DNA from: Scyliorhinus canicula
Taxonomy: Eukaryota
DNA: 64,000 nucleotides
Reading direction: 5' to 3'
NCBI RefSeq assembly: GCF_902713615.1
Contig: NC_052160.1
Coordinates: forward strand, 46,404,719-46,468,718
Shown: positions 12,007 to 23,808 of the stretch, piece by piece
How the letters are laid out: each line of letters begins with the position of its first letter
Numbering within the stretch: position 1 is the first letter of the stretch
The notes under the pieces: model-generated
Told to the model about the DNA's origin: nothing
What the model saw: the letters and a program-made list of their open reading frames with translations, nothing else
Databases searched by the model: none
Translations under genes and position numbers: made by a program

Positions 12007-15000
12007 ATCAACTCTCTTAAGCTGGCCATGGATTAGGAGGCAAGTGTCTTTGTCACATGACTTGATGGAGACACCGGCCGTTGTTATTTATATACACCCA
12101 CAATTATTGGTGTTTGGTTTCACAGTAAGGATACATTCAGTATTTTCACAAGTATTTGAATCTTATTAAACTTGTCTGTGGGGGTTGGGAGAAAGAATCT
12201 CCATTTTGAAACTTCCTGTGGAAGTAGCTCTCTCCTTCAGCATTCTTTTTATTTACTTATCCAAGTTTTGAGCATGTTGGATTGTCACCAAATGCCCTAC
12301 AAACAGCAGTGATTACAATTTAGAGAATATATCTCTTTGATTGGAAAGAGCTTTGTGATATCCTACAGTTTTGAAAGGCATTATAGAAATTTGATTTTTA
12401 CTTTTCCTCCTTGCTATCTTACCATCCCCTTGTCCTCCCTAACAACTAAAGCTTGTAAAATGAGCGTAGAAGGACTGAAACTCATTGGATTGTTGATTTG
12501 AAACACCTCCAGTTCATAGAAAGATGTCAATTTTCCATGCATGGTGCAACAAAGCAGAGAAATACATGTAACGTTATGCTTATTCCAATTGCAAAGTAAT
12601 CCGTTTTCCTGCCATCCAAAATACTGATGTGTGGATTCTGTTCTGTTCTCTCCCTTCCTCACTTAGTTCCTGAAATTCCCTCCAACCATCCTTAGTCTGG
12701 GTAATAGCCGTACCTAGCCTCGGTCAGAAATTGAGAGAAGCAGTAAATAAGTAGTAATTAGACCTTTTTTGTGTGTTTGCCAATCATAAATTAAGGGTTT
12801 AACAATTACACGATTTAGCTATTGATCATCGATTGATGCAAATGCCCAGCACAAGTGTTTCTCCATTGACTTTAATAAGGATTGCACAAATTCTGGTCAT
12901 CTTGCATATTCACTGGCTCTAAGTCTTGCACTATGTAGCATTATCCAGCAGCCCATTTTAAAATGGGTGACATGCAGTCAGAGGTGACATATTCCTGGGG
13001 TTTTTTATTTTACAAACAGGGAAACTACATTACTCCTGTTAACTTCTGCTAAAGTTCCCCTTGCACTACGTTTTGAGGAAAGGCAGGGAGTTCTGGCTAA
13101 TATTTATTGCTTAATCAGTGGCATTTTTAAAATAGGTGATCTGATATTTAGTTCATTGTGGGAGCTTGCTGTGTGTAATTTGCCTGCTACATTAGACAGT
13201 GACTATACTTAATAAAATACTTTGCCTATGAAATGCTTTGGGATATCCTGCAGTCATGAAAGGTTTCTACAAATGCAAGTCTTTTTACACGGGGCCAAAA
13301 AGGTCCAGTGAATGTTTCCCTGTTACTGATGGGAGAAGAGCTGTCCCGTAGACACCTTCCAGCAACTTCCATTGTCCGATTGGTTTTGCTCATCAGCGGG
13401 TATGGGCGTTTTTGATGCACCAAGCATTAAGCCACGCAAGGTCCTCCAGGAATTACTCAAATTAAATTATTTTCAGTTCTTGATTATGAAGGAGCATGCT
13501 AACTTTCATGTTCTATTGTTTGTACTTCCACCCAGTGGTGGCAGGATGGCTTTAAGATCATGCACATAATTATTTTGTCACTAACTCAATGAATGCTCTG
13601 AGTGAGGAGTAAACATTCCACTTTTGAGGAAGAAGGCAGCAAGTGCCAGGAATGGGATATCAGACGAAGACCCTTTACTTACATTTTACCGTGCATGTAA
13701 TTGCTTGCAGAACCCTGTATTCCCTCATCCTATTTTGCAAATTTGTATTTAAAATGTTAAATTGACAGATCAGACTTCTTTGAGAAAAAAGACCAATGAT
13801 TGACTCCAGTCAATGAGTCGGAGGTGGGGCAGGGCTCACAGTAAACATGTGATTTTTTTTTAATAGCAAAGCATATTCACTCACGGAGTCTATTTAAACA
13901 GTGTGACAGTAAACAGTCTACAGAGTCTATTTGAAAAGTTTACAAACTACCATGTCCCCTGTAATTTCTCCAGCAAAATACAGAGTGGAGATACAAATTG
14001 TGGTAAGATCCATCGCAGTCACTTTCAGTACAATCTTCAGATGTGATTGATGGGAATTACCCAATTATCTATCTCTGGTTGGGAATAGTGATGTCACTGT
14101 ATGCAGTCCCTGCTAATCAGACACTCCAATGTAAGATTCTACAATGGCCCAAAAAACTGAGCAATACACCCCTCTTCCTGTGGACTGGGCGGTACCAATT
14201 ACCCTTTCATCTCTGAGGTCACGATTTGAGTCAAATCCAATTTGCTTGCATGACTTCTGTCTCATTCTCCAGACAGGATTTGAATGTAAAATTGAACCTA
14301 GGGCAGCCTTGATATGTTCATGGTAGAAACAATGGCCTATAATTTCCTGGTTGCCCAGCGACTTATTTAGTGGGTACACCAATGATGCGCTGGGGAATCC
14401 CTCTAGGAAGTTCCTACATAAGAGTTTAGCTGGCAATTGTCCAGAAGTGCCAACTTCCTCTGGACAATTGCACTGGGCTGGAAATTATCTGACTTTGGCG
14501 GTTCTGCCAGTTTTACCCTGATAGTTACTCTGAAAGAGTTAGAACAAAAATCACTTCTAACTCCAGAGTAACTATTTAAAAGACCCAGCCTTGCATGGGA
14601 CCACCCCCCAACTCCGGACTGAGAACCCCAAGACTCAGAAATATTTTCCAGAGCAATATGCACCCCTTTGATATGATTTAGAAAATGATCATGTATGCCC
14701 TTTGATTTCCTAATCATGCTGACGTTTTGTGGGTAGGGAGCTGTAACTGATTTCATCCCCATATTCTTTTCCTGTCAGTTTGGTTTCTTTTAAAAAGAAG
14801 CAATGAAGACATTTTTTCCGTGAGAAATGAGGAAGGAAGGAGAGAGCTCATGGCTCAGGAAATTGTTTCATGGGAGATGTTTATAGGGAAGGATGTTGAA
14901 ATATAAATGGTTCTTGCTAATCTGGAGAGTTAAGTGTTGATCATCTACATTGTATGTACAATCTCTGCTCAACCAGTTGGAGGGGTTTAGTATTTGATGC

Positions 15001-15092
15001 ACTTTATTGAATAACATTTATGTTAACTTTTCAGATTATATACAGAATATGAAGAAAACTAATTGGTTTGCAATATATATTTACTGTGTATA

Positions 15093-15113
15093 AATAAAAT
15101 TATCTACAATAAA
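15093..15113 (+). terminator. Candidate distal SNX8 polyadenylation signals (two AATAAA)
   Basis: AATAAA at 15093 and 15108 in AU-rich context with UGUA upstream, ending a ~5.3 kb stretch free of young TEs; other AATAAA exist upstream. Confidence 0.4.
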
Positions 15114-15587
15114 TTATATCATTCCAGAGGCTTAGGTCTTTGTGTTCTAAACCATTGCTCATTTAAATAATTTTTTTACATTGATATAACTATTAGACTG
15201 AACAAGACTAAAGTTTCTTTGTGCCCTACATAGGGGAGGATCTTGGGCTGTATTTCCTGAGGTGAGACTTGTGGCATTTTTTGAAAGAGATGAATGTACC
15301 AACTAAGTTATGCAGGTCAGGAAGGAAGTTGGATAAAAGATTGATTGAGTGGAGGTGGGAGTCACAGCCAAGAGGAGCTGCAATTATCCCTGGGATGATG
15401 GAGATGGGGAAATAGGAAGTTGGGAACAGTGAATGGGAGGAAACTGCAAAGCCACTATAATATTTAGAATCGAGAAACCCATCTGTGTCATGTTTTGTGT
15501 TTGAGGATGGAAGAGTTCAGAGGAGAGCATCTGAAGAAGTTATTTTTAGGACTAGATTTTGGAGGCTGCCCTTTCCCTTTGGAATAA

Positions 15588-16400
15588 GTTCATAAGATAA
15601 GATATAAGAACTGAATTAGGCCATTTGGCCCATCAGGTCTGCTCCACCATTCGATCATGGCTGATCTCATCTTCGCCTTACTCCACTGTCCTGCCTGTTC
15701 TCCATAACCCTTCAACCTATTACCAATCAAAAATCTGTCTAACTCCTTACATTTACTCACTGTCCCAGCATCCACCTCACTCTGGGGTAGCAAATTCCAT
15801 AGATTCACAATCTTTTTTTATCTTTTTTGTTAATTTAGAGAACCCAATTAATTTTTTCTAATTAAGGGGCAATTTAGCTTGGCCAATCCAACTACTCTGC
15901 ACATCTTTGGGTTGTGGTGGCGAAACCCACGCCGACACCTGGAGAATGTACATACAAACTCCACACGGACAGTGACCCAGAGCCGGGATCAAACCTGGGA
16001 CCTCAGCGCCGTGAGGCAGCAGGGCAAACCCACTGCGCCAAAGTGCTGCCCTAGATTCACAATCTTTAGGAGAAGTTGTTTTCCTCAACTCAGTTTCAAA
16101 TTTGCTACCTCTTATCCTAAGACTATGAACTCTCGTTTTAGACTGCCCCGCAAGAGGAAGCATCAGCTCCACGTCTACTTTATCATACCATTTATCATCT
16201 TGTACAGCTCAATTTGATCTCCCCTCATTCTTCTAAAGGGAGTATAGACCTAACCTGTTCACTCTCTCTTTATATGACAAACCCCTCACCCCTGCAATCA
16301 ACCTACTGAACTTCCTCTGAACTGCCTCCAATGTCACTACATCTTTCCTCAAATTAGGGGACCAGAACTGTGCACAATACTCCAGGTGTGATCTCACCAA
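15588..16400 (-). mobile_element. CR1 LINE 3' fragment interrupted by a SINE
   Basis: NLWNLLP and LRIRGSKFETELR fragments; CR1 3' UTR with (cttat)n-type tail. Confidence 0.8.
15816..16051 (-). mobile_element. Short poly(A) V-SINE
   Basis: 16-bp TSD tagattcacaatcttt at 15800-15815 and 16052-16067. Confidence 0.9.
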
Positions 16401-16477
16401 TCCCTCTAGTGAACAAATGTTTCCTCAAATCTCCTGCACCTTATCTTAAATCTATGTATCCTGGTTATTCAGCCCAT

Positions 16478-16803
16478 GGGCAGCATGGTAGTATAGTGGT
16501 TAGCACAGTTGCTTCACAGCTCCAGAGTCCCAGGTTCGATTCCCGGCTGGGTCACTGTGCGGAGTCTGCAGGTTCTCCCCGTGTCTGCGTGGGTTTCCTC
16601 CAGGTGCTCCGGTTTCCTCCCACAGTCTAAAGATGTGTGGGTTATGTGGATTGGCTATGCTAAATTGCCCTTAGTGTCCAAAAAAATGTTAAGTGGGGGT
16701 TACGGGGATAGGGTAGATACGTGGGCTTCAGTAGGGTGCTCTTTGTAAGGGCCGGTGCAGACTCGATGGACCGAATGGCCTCCTGCACTGTAAATTCTAT
16801 GAT
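16478..16803 (+). mobile_element. HE1-like V-SINE, long form
   Basis: Same structure as 289-637. Confidence 0.88.
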
Positions 16804-17171
16804 TCAATGGAGCAAAGTTCCTCCCTATCTACTCTATATACCACATAATTTTGTACACCTCAATCAGGTTCCCCCTCAAGCCTTCTCTGCTCTAAAGAAA
16901 ACAACACCAGGTTAACCAGCCTCTCCTCATCGCTGAAACACTCCAGCCCAGGCAACATCCTGGTGAATCTCCTCTGCAATCACATCCATCCTATACTGTG
17001 GCTGGAATTTTGAATCTCTTTTTAAAAGTTATTGGTCCCTACAAAGATTGTAACAACATATTTATCGTCTCTGCTTGCTGACTTCAGATAATGCATGAAG
17101 ACTGGTTCATTTTGACGGTTAACCATGATTTTTAACCTTGCACAAAATGAAACTATTTCCTGTGCCTTCCA

Positions 17172-19890
17172 TATAAGAATATAAGAACTAGGAACAGGAG
17201 TAGGCCATCTGGCCCTTCAAGCCTGCTCTGCCATTCAATGAGATCATGGCTGATCTTTTGTGGACTTAGCTCCACTTTCCCGCCCAAACACCATAACCCT
17301 TTATTCCTTTATTTTTCAAAAAACTATCTTTTTATCTTAAAAACATTCAATGAAGGAGCCTCAATTGCTTCACTGGGCAGGGAATTCCATAGATTCACAA
17401 CTCTTTGGGTGAAAAAGTTCCTCCTGAGCTCAGTCCTAAATCTGCTTCCCCTTATTGTGAGGCTATGCCCCCTAGTTCTGCTTTCACCTGCCAGTGGAAA
17501 CAACCTCCCCGCATCTATCCTATCTATTCCCTTCATAATTTTATATGTTTCTATAAGATCCCCCCGCATCCCTCTAAATTCCAATGGGTACAGTCCCAGA
17601 CTCCTCAACCTCTCCTCGTAATCCAACCCCTTCAACTCTGGGATTAACCTAGTGAATCTCCTCTGCACATCCTCTAGTGCCAGTACATCCTTTTTCGGGT
17701 AAGGAGACCAAAACTAAACACCCTATTCCAGGTGTGGCCTCACTAACACCTTATACAGTTGCAGCATAACCTCCCAAGTCTTAAACTCCATCCCTCTAGC
17801 AATGAAAGACAAATTTCCATTCACCTTCTTAATCAGCTGTTGCACCTGTAAACCAACTTTTTGCGACTCATGCACTAGGACACCCAGGTCCCTCTGTACA
17901 GCAGCATGTTTTAATATTTTATCTTTTAGATAATCCCTTTTTTGTTATTCCTACCAAAATGGATAACCTCACATTTGTCAACGTTTTATTCCATCTGCCA
18001 TACCCAAGCCCATTCACTAAACTATCCAAATCCCTCTGCAGACTTCCAGTGTCCTCTGCATATTTTGCTTTACCACACTTAGTGTCGTCTGCAAACTTGG
18101 ACACCATTGTACTTGGTCCCCAACTCCAAATCATCTATATAAATTGTGAACAATTGTGGGCCCAACACTGATCCCTGAGGGACACCACTAGCTACTGATT
18201 GCCAACCAGAGAAACACCCATTAATCCCCCCTCTTTGCTTTCTATTAATTAACCAATCCTCTATCCATGCTACTACTTTACCCTTAACGCCATGCATCTT
18301 TATCTTATGCAGCAACCTCTTGTGTGGCACCTTGTCAAAAGGTTTCTGGAAATCCAGATGTACACACCCATTGGCTCCCTGTTATCTAATGCAATGGTAA
18401 TGTCCTCAAAACATTAGTTAGGCACAGCCTGCCCTTTTATGAACCCATGCTGCGTCTGTCCAATGGGACAATTTCCATCCAGATGCCTCGCAATTTCTTC
18501 CTTGATGATGGATTCCAGCATCTTCCCTACTACCAAAGTTAAGCTAATTGGCCTATAATTACCCACTTTCTGCCTACCGCCTTTTTTAAACAGTGGTGTC
18601 ACGTTTGCTATTTTCCAATCCGCCAGGACCATCCCAGAGTCCAGTGAATTTTGGTAAATTATCACGAGTGCATTTGCAATTTCCCTAGCCATTTCTTTTA
18701 GTATCCTGGGATGCATTCCATCAGGGCCAGGAGACTTGTCCACCTTTAGCCCCATTAGCTTGCCCATCACTACCTCCTTATAACAATCATCTCAAGGTCC
18801 TCACCTGTCAGCCTCATTTCCATCCGTCACTGGCATGTTATTTCCACTGTGAAGACCGACCCAAAAAACCTGTTCAGTTCCTCAGCCATTTCCTCATCTC
18901 CCATTATTAAATTTCCCTTCTCATCCTCTAAAGGACCAATATTTACCTCAGCCACTCTTTTAAAAAATATATATTTGTAGAAACTTTTACTATTTATTTT
19001 TATATTCTGAGCAAGTTTACTCTCAATCTATCTTACTCTTCTTTATAGCTTTTTTAGTAGTTTTCTGTTGCCCACTAAAGATTTCCCAATCCTCTAGTCT
19101 CCCACTAATCTTTGCCATTTTGTATGCTTTTTCCTTCAATTTGATACTCCCTTATTTCCTTTGATATCCACGGTCAATTTTCCCTCTTTCTACAGTCCTT
19201 TTTGTTGATATAAACCTTTGCTGAGCACTGTGAAAAATCACTTGGAAGGTTCTCCACTGTTCCTCAACTGTTTCACCATAAAGTCTTTGCTCCCAGTCTA
19301 CAGTGGCCAGTTCTTTCATCCCATTGTAGTCTCCTTTGTTTTAAGCACAAAACACTAGTGTTTGAATTTACCTTCTCACCCTCTATCTGTATTTTAAATT
19401 CCACCATCTTGTGATCTCTCCTTCCGAGAGGATCCCTAACTATGAGATCAATCCTGTCTCATTATGCAGGACCAGATCTGGGATCACTTGTTCCCTCGTA
19501 GGTTCCATTACATACTGTTCTAGGAAACTATCGCAGAAACATTCTATAAATTCCTCCTCAAGGCTGCCTTGACCGACCTGATTAAACCAATCGACATGTA
19601 GATTAAAATCCCCCATGATAACTGCTGTACCATTTCTACGTGCATCAGTTATTTCTTTGTTCATTGCCTGTCCCACTGTAATGTTACTATTTGGTGGCCT
19701 ACAGACTACTCCTATCAGTGACTTTTTCGCCTTACTATTCCTGATTTCCACCCAAATGGATTCAACCTTATCCTCCATAGCAACAAGATCATTCCTCACT
19801 ACTGCCCGGATGTCAGCCTTAAATAACAAAGCTACATCACCTTCCTTACCATGCACTCTGTCCTTCCGAATAGTTTGATACTCTTGGATG
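17172..19890 (-). mobile_element. CR1 (HER1-like) LINE, 5'-truncated and degenerate
   Basis: Endonuclease (IMGDFN), [39 protein letters not shown] and FFTQRVVNLWNSLP fragments; tandem-repeat tail. Confidence 0.93.
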
Positions 19891-20049
19891 AAAGGTGGTC
19901 TGGCTGAGGGTGACATGACACTGGTAGACAACTTGGATATCAATCTCAACTACTATTGTACTCTTTAAATGAGTCATCAGTGAGACCTTGAGCCAGATTC
20001 CCCAAAGAATGGAAGGCTGCGGAGGAGGGATCATTGAGTGCGATGAATT

Positions 20050-21123
20050 TGTTACGACACCCTGGCCAAGTGAGTGATCAATTCCAGCCTACAGACCCCA
20101 GAGTTCCAACACAAGTGAATTAACCAATAATTCGTATATTTTCCTGAGAACTTTAACCCTTGACTGCTTCAATGACTTACAGGCACCAGATTAAAACATT
20201 TAAAAACTTGATAACGGGCAAAGAGATATACATGTAATGGTAATAATAGAACAAGGGTCTGCTAATCTCACTGTTCTCCTAACACTGACCCTCCACCTAA
20301 ACACAAGACAGACAAAGTGGGGGTTAGGGAAGGATCAAAAATAATGGGGTTAAACTGGGGATGAGAGATTTGAGGATCTTCGCTGCTGAGGTTGAGGCCT
20401 TTTTAGGTGGTGATCTCTTCGGGACACAAAGCGTTGAAATCCACCGGTTGGTCTGGACCCTCTTGTCTGTGCCATCACTTAAAGCCCTCAGGCTGGATGG
20501 CTTCCTCAGGAGGGTCATTTTCACTTGATTGACCTGAGTCTCAGTGAGACTACCTTAGAATTCTCTATCTGAATGTTTACAGCAGGTTCACCATCCACTC
20601 TGCCTTTCAAATACTTGTCTGGTCCTTGTGCTTGAAAGGCCTGGCCTTCTGGACCTTTTAGGGTTCTCAGAAGAGAGATATCAGACTGGGCCTTTCCCAG
20701 TCTTTCAAACAGGATTAAACTTCCACAGGCCTGTCTACTGCTTCCAGCCTTAACGGATGGAACTCGTTCTCTCCATGATTTACACCGAACTGAAACTCAG
20801 CTCTGCAACGTTGAGCTTTCAGAACATTCTGGAACCAGCCCCCCAATCAGAATTGAGAGCCCGTTAAATACCTGGATTTCAAAAGAGCCGATTGGCTGCT
20901 AGCCAAGTCCATCAAAATGACATCACAGGACCCTTCCACATATCACACTGCACTGAGGGAAGTGCCTGGACCAGTTCAAATAACATATTAGGCCAGGGTG
21001 CTTTCAATAATCGCCCAGATACTAAAATTAAAAGCAGTCTGCAGAATTGAAGAAGCCAGCAGAACAGCAGTTTTTAAAAAAAGAGACACGGTCACACAAG
21101 GATTTAAAAAGAGGTTCCTTACA
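20050..21123 (-). mobile_element. Probable solo LTR
   Basis: Begins tgttacga, ends ccttaca, non-coding; flanks aatt/aaat give only an imperfect 4-bp TSD, so the right boundary is uncertain. Confidence 0.45.
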
Positions 21124-22575
21124 AAATGGAATGGTCTTTTGAGGTCTTGAGCAGGTGGCTTTTCTCCCTGCAAAAAAATGTGAACATTTTTCCGAGGGCC
21201 CTCTGGCTAATTGTAGACACTCCCTTGCCATTTCTCATTTTCCAAATGTTCACAAGTATTGAAGGCAATTTGCATTTATATAGCAGTTTTAATGCCCCAA
21301 GCTTCTCCACAGGAGTGTTATTAAACAAAATTTCACCGAGTTGGTAAGGATATAGTAGGACATATGGCCAGAAGTTTGGTTAAAGAGGTAGGTTTTAAGA
21401 AATTAAAGGAGAAAAGCGAGGTTTAATGACGGAAATGTTAGAGCTTAGACCGCTAGGCAATTGAAGGCATAGCTGTCAATTATGTAATGAAAATCAGGGA
21501 TATGTATGAGACCAGAATTAGAGGACCTCAGATCTTGGAGCTTAGAGGGTTGTAGGCGACGGAACTGATGTCTTTGTTCCGAGTAGCTGGTCATAACTTT
21601 TGCGTGTGGTATCTTGGCGACTGATTTGCAAGCAACAGATAAGCTTCTTTGAATTGCAGCTGGAAACAACCTTTTTATAACTGGAGAAGATGAACGGCAA
21701 GATTAAATCTAACAAAGTTTTTTTATAACCACAGGGGAAATGAGTTTACACTTATGATCTGGAATACACTACATAAAAATGTGGAAGCATATTCAATGGT
21801 AACATAAGGAAATTGGATAAATATCTCAAGGGAAAAATTTGCAGGGCTATGGGAAAAGAGCAGGGAGTGAGACTAATTGGCTAGTTCTTTCAAATGTCCA
21901 GCACATCCATTCATTAAACTGTCTTTCATAGAATTTACAGTGCAGAAGGAGGCCATTCGGCCCATCGAGTCTGCACCGGCTCTTGGAAAGAGCACCCTAC
22001 CCCCTACCCAAGGTCAATTTGCTGCCTAATGTAATTGTACATTTAGGAGAATATTTGGAATTAAGGAGATTATATACTTTAGCCATAATGCAATAAAATG
22101 GATAGTGTTCATTCTAATCCAACTCCCCAACTCTAAAGGAATGGTGGAATGAGCAAAGCCCCTCCTGAGATGTTCTGCCATCAGTGTCCATCATTACCGG
22201 AGATTTAAATCCTTGAAAATATATGTGGTCAGTATTATTTCTTGTGGATTTCTCTAATGCACCACAAGATGGAAAGGGGAATTCTGTATTTGTTTCCAAT
22301 CTGTACCCGCCACTGAACTGCAACTTTGAAATTTAACTTGAGCTGCTCTTTGCTAATTTAACATCAATGATGTATCGAAAGTGCAATATGGTTGTTTACA
22401 TACAAAATCCTTGGAAATCCCACTACCCTCAAATTATCTGTTGTAAGGCGGCAATTGAGGTGTGTACAAGGGGTAGTATATGAATATGGGGAGAAGAAGA
22501 GTAGGCTCTTGGCTTACCAACCGCAGCAGCGTGAGGTAGACGGCAATTGTTCAGGTTAGGGACCGGGAGGGGATA

Positions 22576-22846
22576 ATACTAATCTTTCTTAGTGGCACAA
22601 GTCGGCTTACATTAACACTGAAATGAAGTTACTGTGAAAAGCCCCTAGTCGCCACATTTTGGCGCCTGTTTGGGTACACAGAGTGAGAATTTGAAATATT
22701 CAATTCACCTAACAGCACGTCATTTGGGACTTGTTGGAGGAAACCGGAGCACCCGGAGGAAACCAGCGCAGACACGGGGAGAACGTGCAGACTCCACACA
22801 GACAGTGACCTAAGCCGGGAATCGAACCTGCTACTGTGCTGCCAAT
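22576..22846 (-). mobile_element. V-SINE with the alternative (att)n-ending tail
   Basis: V-domain followed by tgtggcgactaggggcttttcacagtaacttcatt; same type as 45405 and 47897. Confidence 0.82.
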
Positions 22847-23032
22847 GCTACTGTACTGTTCTATGTTTATGGAAATAATGCTGCCATCCACCTCGTTTCC
22901 TGCTCTAAGTCTCTGTGATGAAAGGGGGAAGTGATGAATAAGATAGAGTTTAATGCCAAAAGCCCTGCACTTGTGCAGAAATTTGGCACAGTTTAAGAAT
23001 AAAGAAAAAAGATTGCTGACATTGGGTTTTAA

Positions 23033-23718
23033 TGTGGAGATGCCGGCATTGGACTGGGGTGAGTACAGTAAGAAGTCTTACAACACCAGGGTAAAGTCCA
23101 ACAGGTTTGTTTCAAACACTAGCTTTTAACCTGAACAATTGCCCTGTCTACCTCACGCTGCTGTGTTTGGTAAGCCAAGAGCCTACTCGTCTTCTCCCCA
23201 GATTCATATACTACCCCTCATACTTCATGTACTACCCCAATTGCTGCCTTACAACAGATAACTTGAGAGTAGTGGGAATTCCAAGGGTTTTGTATGCAAA
23301 CAACTCACCTGAGGAAAGCTAGTGTTTGAAACAGCAGGGTAGCATGGTGGTTAGCATAAATGCTTCACAGCTCCAGGGTCCCAGGTTCGATTCCCGGCTG
23401 GGTCACTGTCTGTGTGGAGTCTGCACGTCCTCCCCCTGTGTGCGTGGGTTTCCTCCGGGTGCTCCGGTTTCCTCCCACAGTCCAAAGATGTGCGGGTTAG
23501 GTGGATTGGCCATGCTAAATTGCCCGTAGTGTACTAATAAAAGTAAGGTTAAGGGGGGGGGGTGTTCGGTTACGGGTATAGGGTGGATACGTGGGTTTAA
23601 GTAGGGTGATCATGGCTCGGCACAACATTGAGGGCCGAAGGGCCTGTTCTGTGCTGTACTGTTCTATGTTCTATGTAAACAAACCTGTTGGAATTTAACC
23701 TCGTGTTGTAAGACTTAC
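23033..23718. mobile_element. Penelope-like insertion: inverted terminal-repeat fragments around filler DNA
   Basis: Repeat on minus 23033-23127 and on plus 23305-23718 (split by a SINE); 10-bp TSD tgggttttaa at 23023-23032 and 23719-23728; hammerhead remnant. Confidence 0.72.
23334..23675 (+). mobile_element. HE1-like V-SINE nested in the Penelope repeat
   Basis: V-domain, (ttctatg)n tail, aaaca on both sides. Confidence 0.88.
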
Positions 23719-23808
23719 TGGGTTTTAAGTTAGATTGTTGATGAATAGTTGCCCTTGTGCACCATCCAGTGGCCAATTACAGAGCAGCGGTTAGAATTTT
23801 TCCACTTG

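Noticed and set aside
13525-13545. CTCF-like ccacccagtggtggcag
   Set aside because: Spacing is one base short of the core motif
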